A DNA stretch of 60,620 nt, counting the filler. It is 6 parts of 6 records of this genome, joined end to end, with 100 filler letters (N's around TTAATTAATTAA, not from the genome) between each part and the next. Parts side by side here need not be neighbours in the genome. Positions count along the whole stretch, not along the records: positions 16,775 to 26,568 come from SRR2962707_5568; positions 26,669 to 36,692 come from SRR2962707_5569; 4 more parts are not named here. One strand, given 5' to 3'. Below are positions 22,701-31,754 of this stretch, piece by piece (within the stretch, counting starts at the first letter, position 1; each line of letters begins with the position of its first letter). Under the pieces are notes generated by a model that worked only from the letters and a program-made list of their open reading frames with translations, was not told the origin of the DNA and searched no databases. Position numbers and translations under genes: made by a program.

Positions 22701-25700
22701 AAAAAAACATGTCTCCTGTGAACATACACTGAGGCAGCAAGGCGAATGTTCTCCACGGCTCCAATTGTTGCACCGGTTGCCTTCATAATTTTCTGCATTT
22801 CCTCAAGTTCTTGCGGCAGAAATTTTCGCTCATTGTTCATAAAGCGCAAAACAGCAGCACACCAGCGCAAACTCCAACTTGGCTGATCAGCCAAAGCACT
22901 GGTGCCAAGACAGCTTATCGAAGAAATCTGGTCCACAAGACGCTTTTTTGAAAAAGGTGGGTCTTTTGCTGCCGGCGCAGACGAGACGTCGGTGCCGGCG
23001 GAATGACTTGCGTTGATGCCTGCCTTAACCGAGTTGTCTTTGCTGGCGAAGTCAGTGCCATGGCACGCTGTGCACAACATCCCAAGGCGCTGCAATTGTG
23101 TGTGATGTTGCTTCAGGAGCAAAGATGCCATTGTTGCCCCGGTAAAATTGAGAAAAGAGCCACGGCACGTGACTCCGCCACACAGGCACACGGCCGCTCG
23201 GAACTCTTCTTCAGATTCGGTGACACAGTTGTAGTCCTGCGTGCACCGTCAACAAATGAGAGCAAATCAACTTTGAAAACGTCGCAGCGGCGAGAAAAAC
23301 GAACAATTCGAAAGAGTCATTCAAGTGCAGCGCATAGAATTCGGGAGCAACAAACCTGGGTAAGTTCCTCACCAGGCCGAATCGGCCGCAGTGTTCGTAC
23401 GGCAATGACGTATTGCCCGTTCAGAACAGTCCCTTCCAGTGCGCAGTTAGGTGCACACGAGTGGGACATGCGCGACGAAAACGCGGCGTGGTCTTTAGCG
23501 TCGACATAGAGGAGGTCATATCCTTCAGGGTCCGACCGGTTGCGCTCAAGTCTGATGTTGTAAAACTCCGGGACCTGGCCAATAACAAGCAAATTTACCA
23601 GCACATCGGCAGCGGGACGAGGTGATGATTTGGCCCTTCCATCGCAGCGCCACACTCCGGTGGTAAAAACAACGACGCCACCCACCTGGAATACAACCTT
23701 ATCGTCCTCGTCGTGAAGATTTTGTTGCAAAGACTTGCCCTTTCCAGCAGTTGTCTGTCGAGCCTTCGCCCTCTCCAAGAATAAGCGTTGTTGCTGCGCA
23801 CGCTCAAGCTTCCGCTGCTCCTCTTCTTCCCTGTCCTTTTGTGCCCATTTCCAAGCCGGGTAAACGGACCCAAGATATTCAGTAACAAATCGATTGGCGG
23901 GAATTGTCTTGTCGGTGGCGCAAATGACACCACAGCCTTTCGGGTGGATTGCAAAATGTAGCAGTCCCACGTCTTGGCATACGGCGGCAATTTTCCGCAC
24001 ACCAGCCGCAATTTGCTCGCGACGAGGCGCTCGCGGGTCTGCGAGTGATGGGATCCACGTCCGCTCTCCGTCCGATCTTACAACGAACCGGGCTGGAGCC
24101 TGCTCCATCATCCGTTCTGCATCCTCGTCCGCCTTCTTTTGGTTTGCACTGTGTTTGCTTGCGCTGTCCGCTCCACAGCCGTGACCGCCACAACAAGGAC
24201 CAACGAAATCACCATCGGGAACTTTTTGTAGTGGTGGATCGAGACATGACATGTGAAACTCCTTGTCGCACCCAGGCCCATCACAAAGTAGCGCCTCTTC
24301 TGGGCGCTCAGACGACCCGCATATTGCACAAACAGTGTCCTCTCCGATTGGGGCTACAATGTACTCGCGCTTTTGGTCAGCGCCAGCACGCTCATCGGTT
24401 GGCAGTGGCGGGCCAGTTTCGTCAAGCGTCCCATGCGGGGCCGGGCCAGAGTACCTGCAAACAAAAACACGTTGTGTGACATTGACACACCGTGTTGCAG
24501 GCCTCGACCTCGTGTGTGCAAAGTGTAGGTCTAGCAAAACTCACCAATCCAAGAGCAACTTGATGGTATTTTGAATATCGTGCGCAAGCGTTGGGTCCTC
24601 GACAGCATTGACCGCGGGGAGAAACACATTCTCGATGAAGAAAGTTGCTTGCGACCGCGTCATGGTGAGCGGCGCAGGCACCAGCCCCAGAGCAAGCTCG
24701 ATATTTTTCCGCGTGTAGCAGTCGATACCCCAAGTGTCTCGCTCGATGATGTCTCCGCTGGACAGCTGGAGTCTCTGCCATTTCACCGTGCGGCGTTCCT
24801 GCGCTGCCACTTCGAGTGCCAAGTGGTCTGCTGACTGCGGTTCAGACTTGGCATTGGCTTGGTGGTCAGCGTCCACCGAGAGTTTGCCATCTGACGAGCC
24901 TGCAACTGAAGCAGCCACCGCCTTTTGACCGCTCCCATCTGCCGTTGCAGGGGCACTGGTTGACGCGTTGGCCTCACGTGTCGCGCTTTTTTTTCGAAGT
25001 TTAAGGCGGCGATTGCGATTGGCTTCAATCGCGTCTGCAATTGCCCTTTTTTTAGCTGCAGCTGCGTCAACAAGACGCTGCAACTCCCAGTCTTCCTTCT
25101 CCACGGCAGCGACAAAATCTTCGCGGGTCATGGACGTCTTGAGTTTCCGCATCACTCGTTCGGCTTCGTGTGGACGGAGGCATTCCGATGGTTCATACGC
25201 AGTAATAGCACGGTACCTAACGTGGTTAACATTTTTGCGCAACGCGGAATTTGACAACCGCGCGCGACCCGTTTACACAAGCCGAACCAACACCGCGCAA
25301 TGCAACAAGGTTGAGTGAGATGTAAAGGCAGCATGCGTAGCCAACGAAAATGATGCAAACCGACTCAACTCACTCTCGCTTCGAGTACGGCATCTTGTGC
25401 CATTTTCCTTGCACACAAGGCTGTCGGTTCTTTTCACGTATCATTTCAAGCAGGTCTTTGCGCCGCTGTGCCGAAAGAGTCTGTGTTACTCGCTTCTGGA
25501 ACGAGGAAATTACTTGCTTGCATTGTGCCAGCATCCAGCCAGCCTCGAAGTGTGCTGTGCCCGCGTCATCGCTGGGCGGAAAAAATGCTCGCGCATTTTC
25601 TGCAATCTGGGTTACATCACGGAGCAAGCGATCATATTGTATTTCAGCAATTCCAGTGCCACTGCCATCTCCAGCAAGCACTAGAGCCATGTACAATCCT

Positions 25701-26568
25701 TCGTCGCAGCTGTTGGCGCCCGTGGGTGAAGACGATGGCGACGAAAACACCCTCTTCGATGCACGGTACCGTTGGTCCATGACTTTGAAGTCGATGTACG
25801 GATGCGGAATCGAGGATTCAAATGTTGGGTTCGTCCTTCGCAGGTCATCGTCTTGGAAAAATGCGTAGCGGTCTTTCTGCTTCAGTTTTTTCATAATTTT
25901 GGCAAGGTGTTCGTAATTTCGTTTCGATTGCTTTTGCCGTCGTTTCAGCCGTGCTGCGGCGTTATCCTCTACTTTAGTCACATTGTAATGTGTGATGACC
26001 TCCTTCACAAGTGCTTCTTTTTTGCGGTCGAGGCCTTTGAAGATGGCCGTTTGCTGTGCCTTTGACAGTCCAGTTCCAGCAACATGCCCACTCGCTGAAC
26101 GGCTTCGTCGCTCTTTCCGTTCCCGCAGCAATGTCTCAACGCCGTCCCGCACGTGGCTGAGTTTGCGCCCATTGTACTTCAACGACTCCCAGCCAGAATC
26201 AGACACAACGTCGGCCTTCACCTGCCGTTTCATTGCCAGACTAAACGAGGACGGGTTCACGTATTCAGTTCCGTCACCGCCGTGGTGCGTGATCGTCCCA
26301 TCTGGGCGGACGTCAGCCCACCACTCGTACTGCTTGTACTTCATGTGCAGCACTTTTTCGCCGAATGGGATCAAGCCAGACTCGCCCAGCGACTTCAAGG
26401 GCCGCTCGCGATCGATTACAAGCAGCGTTGGGGGCAAAGGGTCAACGTAGTTGTCGTTGGCGGCTGCTTCCTGTGAGGCAGCAGGTGCCGAACTGCTGGT
26501 CCCGACAGCGGAAAAATGGACAGTCGACGGAGAATCAGCGACGCTGCTGCTGCTGCTGCTGCTGCTGC
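19726..26568 (-). CDS. Eukaryotic multidomain ATXR3/SDG2-type histone lysine methyltransferase, 5'-truncated; exons 26568-25374, 25216-24545, 24454-23686, 23574-23356, 23236-22728, 22637-20637, 20514-20175, 20082-19726
   Basis: Manual GT-AG splicing gives one frame of about 2019 aa; SET motifs HPKGCGVIC, EYLGSVYPAWKW, PEFYNIRLER, RMSHSCAPNC, ELTQDY, post-SET CLCGGVTCRG; also RAMA, bromo-like, PHD, HMG, CW and Tudor-like segments. Confidence 0.85.
26543..26568. repeat. (CTG/CAG)n microsatellite at contig end, poly-Ser in the minus-strand frame
   Basis: gctgctgctg... run; contig 3 also starts in CAG/TAG repeats. Confidence 0.9.
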
Positions 26569-26668
26569 NNNNNNNNNNNNNNNNNNNNNNNNNNNNNNNN
26601 NNNNNNNNNNNNTTAATTAATTAANNNNNNNNNNNNNNNNNNNNNNNNNNNNNNNNNNNNNNNNNNNN
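26569..26668. other. Artificial contig linker
   Basis: N-run, TTAATTAATTAA, N-run. Confidence 0.99.
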
Positions 26669-26696
26669 AGGGGTTCGACTCCCCTAGGGCGTACCA
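26669..26696 (+). tRNA. tRNA 3' fragment (T-arm, acceptor strand, CCA), probably tRNA-Glu
   Basis: AGGGG-TTCGACT-CCCCT-AGGGCGT-A-CCA; anticodon not visible, isotype inferred from the acceptor sequence. Confidence 0.8.
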
Positions 26697-26730
26697 CTTT
26701 TCCGTTTCATTCGAGAAGCGCGGGCTTTGC

Positions 26731-27519
26731 CTAGTTGGGTGGAGTGTCCTTGGTGACATCGCGGAACCAGGCGATGGCACCGACGATGCCGCCCTTGCCG
26801 TTGCGCACGGGCGCTGCCGAAGCCGAGACCTTGAGGCTGCGGCCGGTGATCTCATTACGGACAACCATCTTTTGATCGACGATCGTGTAGCCGGCGAGGG
26901 CGCGGGGCACGATGCGGTAGGCTCCGTCGAGAGGCGTGACGCCGTCCAGGCGGTAGAAACCGGCGGCCTTGGGCCATTCGCTCATCGGCACGCCCTTGAG
27001 GAGGTCGCCGATATGACGCTTCGTGTAGTCGTTCATGAAGCGGATGCCGCCGCTCAGGTCGACCAAGACAATGCTTCCCTCGATGCCGTTTATGGCCGTC
27101 AGCAGGATGTCGCGGTGCTGCTCCAGCTGCTTGAGCTTGTAGTCCCGGCTGAGTTCCTGCGTGATCGGTCGCAGGGCGAGAATCCAGGCGTTTTCGCCGC
27201 GGCGAAGCGACAGATGAAAGACTTCGTCCTCGATCGAGATGTCCCGGCCGCTGGAGGGCAGGCGGCTGCGGATCGTTTCGGTAGCGAGTTCAATGAGATA
27301 GGCGCGTGCCGGGCCGCAATATTCGGCAAGTGCAGATGGGCGGCCAGCGGGCACGGCGGGGCGAAAAAGACGATCTGCCGCATTGTTTGAGTGAATCACA
27401 TTCGCTTCGTCATCAAGCACAAGAACCGGACCGGGCATGCTCTCCAGAACGTCTTTGAGAAGAGATTCATCCATGAGCGGATTGATTTCGATCTTTTTAG
27501 CGATTACTTGTGTTGACAA
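26731..27519 (-). CDS. Stand-alone tandem PAS-domain protein (start may be 27474)
   Basis: VLESMPGPVLVLD...HSNNAA and AINGIEGSIVLVD...FMN; ends SAAPVRNGKGGIVGAIAWFRDVT. Confidence 0.8.
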   Translation of the reverse strand: MSTQVIAKKIEINPLMDESLLKDVLESMPGPVLVLDDEANVIHSNNAADRLFRPAVPAGRPSALAEYCGPARAYLIELATETIRSRLPSSGRDISIEDEVFHLSLRRGENAWILALRPITQELSRDYKLKQLEQHRDILLTAINGIEGSIVLVDLSGGIRFMNDYTKRHIGDLLKGVPMSEWPKAAGFYRLDGVTPLDGAYRIVPRALAGYTIVDQKMVVRNEITGRSLKVSASAAPVRNGKGGIVGAIAWFRDVTKDTPPN

Positions 27520-27689
27520 AAAAATACCCCCGCTGTCTTGAGTACTTCGACCGTAATGAAGCTGTACATCTTGGGCGCAGAGAGAAGTAGTATGGGAAAC
27601 GGGTTAATAATCGCCTATTTCCGCAGGGTAAAAGTGGCTTTCCCTCGCAGAAATACTGAAGGCGCGTCACGCGTGCCGAAACGGAGCGG

Positions 27690-28055
27690 TCAGTCGGAGC
27701 CGAAGCTCCAGCGGCCGGCGGGCTGCTCGTAAGGTATTCCGCCCTCGTTGCAGGCCATGTAGCCGAAATTGACCGGGCTTTCCTTGTCCTCGGAGATGGC
27801 GGTTTTGCAGTCCGTGGCGCCAAGGCCGGGATCGCGATCCTCGTAACGGCCCCAGCGGGAGGAAGGCAGGTTTTTTTCGGCTTCGCGGTCGCGCAACTGG
27901 ACATAGGGCTCGTATCGCGGGTCCAGCTCGTTGCCAACGCCGGGGCGAAAGCCGTTCAGGCCGGGATGCATCGCATCGACATCGCTCGCCGAAGCGAGGG
28001 AGGCGGAGATCAAGCCGAGGCCCAGAATGGCCGTGTGAACCAACATTCTAACCAT
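27690..28055 (-). CDS. Small secreted hypothetical protein
   Basis: Signal peptide ending ASA; two Cys. Confidence 0.65.
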   Translation of the reverse strand: MVRMLVHTAILGLGLISASLASASDVDAMHPGLNGFRPGVGNELDPRYEPYVQLRDREAEKNLPSSRWGRYEDRDPGLGATDCKTAISEDKESPVNFGYMACNEGGIPYEQPAGRWSFGSD

Positions 28056-28077
28056 GGTTCGAGGATAGCACGGCGGC

Positions 28078-28497
28078 TTACCAGTGTCCCGTGTTCGGCA
28101 TGGAGACCCAGGGTTCGCGGGGTTCGAGCGGTTTTCCCGCCTGCAGCAGCTCTATCGAGATGTTGTCGGGGGAGCGGACGAAGGCCATGCGGCCGTCGCG
28201 GGGCGGGCGGTTGATCACCACGCCGGCCTCAGCCAGGCGATGGCAGGTTTCGTAGATGTCGTCCACCTGATAGGCGAGATGGCCGAAATTGCGGCCTTCA
28301 TCCAGCTCTTCGGCGTCCCAGTTCCAGGTCAGTTCAACCTGTGCGTCTTTCTGGCCGGGGGCGGCGAGGAAGACCAGGCTGAAACGGCCTTCCTCAATGT
28401 CGAAGCGGCCGAGATTTTCGAGGCCGAGCTTTGTGCAATAGAAATCGAGCGCCTTGTCGATATCGCCGACGCGGACCATGGTGTGGAGATATTTCAT
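28078..28497 (-). CDS. gloA: Lactoylglutathione lyase (glyoxalase I, VOC family)
   Basis: [35 protein letters not shown]. Confidence 0.88.
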   Translation of the reverse strand: MKYLHTMVRVGDIDKALDFYCTKLGLENLGRFDIEEGRFSLVFLAAPGQKDAQVELTWNWDAEELDEGRNFGHLAYQVDDIYETCHRLAEAGVVINRPPRDGRMAFVRSPDNISIELLQAGKPLEPREPWVSMPNTGHW

Positions 28498-28574
28498 GGG
28501 ATGCCTTGATGTGTTTCACAATTGCCGCATGATTCAACAGGACGGCCACAAGGTCAAAGCCTGACGGGGAGCGG

Positions 28575-29315
28575 ATGTCGAAAGAACTGAAACGGGCGAT
28601 AGAGGATGCTCATCGTGTGGTGGTTTTCACCGGCGCGGGGATCAGCACGGAAAGCGGCATTCCCGACTTCCGCAGTCCCGGCGGGCTGTGGACCAAGATG
28701 GCGCCTATCGATTTTCAGGAGTATCTGCGCGACGCGGAAATTCGCGCGGAAGCCTGGCGGCGGAAGTTCGAGATCGACAAGACCATCGTGAAGGCCGAGC
28801 CGAACAAGGGGCATATGGCGATTGCGAAGCTGGTGGACGAGGGCAAGGCGAGCCATGTCATCACGCAGAACATCGACAATCTGCATCAGCTTTCGGGCGT
28901 GCCGGTGGAGAAGGTGATCGAGCTGCACGGCAACGGGACTTACGCGAAGTGCCTCGATTGTGCCACGCGCTATGAACTCGGCTGGGTGCGCCAGCAATAT
29001 GACGCGTCGCAGGCGGCACCGGATTGTCCCGGCTGTGGCGGCATCGTGAAGTCGGCGACGATTTCCTTCGGGCAGGCGATGCCGGAAGAGGAGATGAACA
29101 GGGCACATGAGGCGACGCTCGGCTGCGATCTCTTCATCGCCATCGGCTCGTCGTTACAGGTTTATCCAGCGGCGGGGTTTCCGATCCTTGCGAAGCGGAA
29201 CGGGGCGATGCTCGCGATCCTCAATCGCGAGCCGACGGAGCTCGACCACATCGCCGACCTCGTGATCCATGACGAGATCGGGGCGACGCTTGCGCCGATA
29301 GCGATGCTCAATTAG
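28575..29315 (+). CDS. Sir2-family NAD-dependent deacylase
   Basis: GAGISTESGIPDFR, TQNIDNLH, HG, CxxC...CxxC, GSSLQVYPAA. Confidence 0.95.
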   Translation: MSKELKRAIEDAHRVVVFTGAGISTESGIPDFRSPGGLWTKMAPIDFQEYLRDAEIRAEAWRRKFEIDKTIVKAEPNKGHMAIAKLVDEGKASHVITQNIDNLHQLSGVPVEKVIELHGNGTYAKCLDCATRYELGWVRQQYDASQAAPDCPGCGGIVKSATISFGQAMPEEEMNRAHEATLGCDLFIAIGSSLQVYPAAGFPILAKRNGAMLAILNREPTELDHIADLVIHDEIGATLAPIAMLN

Positions 29316-30046
29316 CGCGCTGTCGCCCAGCCGCCCGAGACGGGGATCAACTGGCCGGTGATGAAATCGGATGTCGGCCCCGCCAGGAAGGCGACGATGG
29401 CGGCGGCTTCCTCCGGCTTGCCGAGGCGGCGCAGCGGAATGTTGCCGAGGATCTTGTCGCGTGACTTCGGATCGTCGAGCAGCGAGGCGGGGAAGTAGTC
29501 CGGGCTTTCGATGAAGTTGAAGCCGAGCGCGTTCACCTGAATGTTGTGAGCGGCGAGTTCCTTTGCCAGCGTGAGAGCGAGCGAGTTGGCGGCGCCACGC
29601 GCGGCGGCGTAGATGCTGTAGTTCGGGATACCGTTCATCGGCGCGGCGGAGGAGAGGAAGAGGATCTTGCCCGCCTGCTGCTTCTTCATTTGCGGCACGG
29701 CGGCGCGCGTCATGGCGAAGGATTTGAAGACGAGGGCCTCGAAGGTTTCGTGCATGTCCTTGTCGGTCGCTTCGTCCACGGGACCGCGTACGGCAGGCCA
29801 GGCGTCGTTGTTGATAAGGACGTCAAGGCGGCTTTCGGCCTTCATGACGGCGGCTACCGCTTCCTCCGGCGTTTGTACGTCGAGGGTTTTCACGCCGGGG
29901 GCTTTTTCCTCGAAGGCCGTGCGAGCGGCGGCATCGGTGAAGCTCGCATCGACGCCATAGACGGAGGCGCCTTCCGCAAGGAGCGCGCGGGCCGAGGGGC
30001 CGCCGACGAAATGGGCTATGTCCGTTATCAGAATGCTGCGCGCCAT
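29312..30046 (-). CDS. Halohydrin dehalogenase (SDR fold, HheA-like)
   Basis: T-x4-F-x-G (TDIAHFVG) replaces TGxxxGxG; S-x12-Y-x3-R triad (SAAPMNGIPNYSIYAAAR). Confidence 0.85.
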   Translation of the reverse strand: MARSILITDIAHFVGGPSARALLAEGASVYGVDASFTDAAARTAFEEKAPGVKTLDVQTPEEAVAAVMKAESRLDVLINNDAWPAVRGPVDEATDKDMHETFEALVFKSFAMTRAAVPQMKKQQAGKILFLSSAAPMNGIPNYSIYAAARGAANSLALTLAKELAAHNIQVNALGFNFIESPDYFPASLLDDPKSRDKILGNIPLRRLGKPEEAAAIVAFLAGPTSDFITGQLIPVSGGWATAR

Positions 30047-30140
30047 GTTTCCCCCGTCAAATCAGGATTGTCAGTTCTTGTGTGGCCGTGAGACTGTGTT
30101 GCCTCAAGAAGAAGGTCAAGACCAAGCAGGGGATGCGGAA

Positions 30141-31748
30141 TTGAGCGGCGGGAAGAACGAGTGGTGGAAGGGTGCGGTCGTCTATCAGATTTACCCGCGC
30201 AGTTTCCGCGATACGAATGGCGACGGGATTGGCGATCTGAAGGGGATCGAGGAGAAGCTCGACCATGTTGCGGGGCTGGGCGCGGATGCGATCTGGCTGT
30301 CGCCGTTCTATCCCTCGCCGAACAAGGATTTCGGCTATGACGTGTCGGACTATTGCGCCATTGCGCCCGAGATGGGGACGATGGCGGATTTCGACCGGCT
30401 GGTTGCGGCGACGCATGAACGGGGCATGAAGCTCATCGTGGACCAGGTGCTGGCGCATACGTCCGAGCAGCACCAATGGTTTCAGGAGAGCCAGCTCTCG
30501 GCGGATAATGCGAAGTCGGACTGGTATGTCTGGGCGGATGCGCGGGACGACGGGACGGTGCCGAACAACTGGCTGTCCGCGTTTGGCGGGCCGGGCTGGT
30601 CGTGGAACCCGATAAGGCGGCAGTATTACCATCACAAGTTTCTGAAGAGCCAGCCGAAGCTCAACTTCCACAATGAGGAGGTGGTGGAGGCGTGCATGGA
30701 TGTGCTGCGCTTCTGGCTCGACAAGGGTGTGGACGGGTTCCGGCTCGACGTGGCCAACGCCTATCTGCATGACGCGAAGCTCACGGACAATCCGCCGCTG
30801 CCGATGGAGAAGCGGACCTTCATGGACTGGGCGCACGCGCCGCGATTGCAACAGCATATTCATGACGCGAACACAGCCGAAAACGAGTGGGCGATGAAGC
30901 GCGTTCGCGCGGTGATGGAGGAGTATGACGAGAAGCTCGCTTTCGGCGAGTTCTCGGAGCGGCCGGAAATGTTCGGACTTTATGCCGGCGGGCTGGAGCG
31001 GCTGCATACGGGGTACACATTCGATTTTCTGGAAGACTGGAGCTTCGAGCCGCCGGTCTTCCGCGCCTATTACGAGAAGCTGCTCGCGCCGCTCAATGAC
31101 CTGTTTCCCTGCGTGACGTTTTCGAACCACGACATTGTGCGGCCGGTGACGCGCTGGGGCGGCGGGCAGGGCGACGACGCGCTGGCGAAGCTCGCGTTGA
31201 CGCTGCTCGTCGCGCTCAAGGGCACGGTGCTGATGTATCAGGGGGAGGAACTGGGGTTGCCGGAGGTGGATCTCGACCGGCAATACATCAAGGACCCGGT
31301 GGGCGACCTCTATTTTCCGTGGGTGAAAGGGCGCGACGGCTGCCGCACGCCGATGCCGTGGAAGAGCGGGCTGGAAGGTGCAGGCTTCACGACGGGGACG
31401 CCCTGGCTGCCGATACCGGATTATCACAAAGTGCGGGCGGCGGATGTTCAGGCGGGGGACGGGAATTCCGTGCTGATCCACGCGAAGGAAGTTGTGGCGC
31501 TCCGGAAGGCGCACCCGGCGCTCAAGCTCGGCGATATCAGGTTTCTCGACACCGAAGGGAAGGTGCTCGCCTTCACACGCGAGACGGAGGGCGAGACGCT
31601 TCTCTGCGTGTTTAACCTCGGCGCGGAGACTGCGAGCTATGCGTTGCCGGCCGGCGCGGGCGACGCGGTGTTCGAGGTTGGCGAGGTGAGACGGGAGGGG
31701 AGTGCGTTGTTACTTGGCGCGCGGAGTGCAACGATATGGCCATCCTGA
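30141..31748 (+). CDS. Alpha-glucosidase, GH13
   Basis: WWKGAVVYQIYPRSF, GVDGFRLDV, NHD, YQGEELG, GRDGCRTPMPW; TTG start after AGGGGA. Confidence 0.93.
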   Translation: MSGGKNEWWKGAVVYQIYPRSFRDTNGDGIGDLKGIEEKLDHVAGLGADAIWLSPFYPSPNKDFGYDVSDYCAIAPEMGTMADFDRLVAATHERGMKLIVDQVLAHTSEQHQWFQESQLSADNAKSDWYVWADARDDGTVPNNWLSAFGGPGWSWNPIRRQYYHHKFLKSQPKLNFHNEEVVEACMDVLRFWLDKGVDGFRLDVANAYLHDAKLTDNPPLPMEKRTFMDWAHAPRLQQHIHDANTAENEWAMKRVRAVMEEYDEKLAFGEFSERPEMFGLYAGGLERLHTGYTFDFLEDWSFEPPVFRAYYEKLLAPLNDLFPCVTFSNHDIVRPVTRWGGGQGDDALAKLALTLLVALKGTVLMYQGEELGLPEVDLDRQYIKDPVGDLYFPWVKGRDGCRTPMPWKSGLEGAGFTTGTPWLPIPDYHKVRAADVQAGDGNSVLIHAKEVVALRKAHPALKLGDIRFLDTEGKVLAFTRETEGETLLCVFNLGAETASYALPAGAGDAVFEVGEVRREGSALLLGARSATIWPS

Positions 31749-31754
31749 AGAATT

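Noticed and set aside
16775-26568. Fragmented ORFs suggesting pseudogenes, an alternative genetic code or a giant virus
   Set aside because: Canonical GT-AG introns restore continuous frames under the standard code
26669-26696. tRNA end as a prophage attachment site
   Set aside because: No integrase or second copy in the window; a contig break within a tRNA is sufficient explanation
28575-29315. Sir2 protein as a Thoeris/DSR-type defence NADase
   Set aside because: Has the zinc-binding CxxC pairs and length of a housekeeping deacylase, host-like GC and no defence partner
30057-31514. 485-aa minus-strand ORF
   Set aside because: Antisense shadow of the GH13 gene
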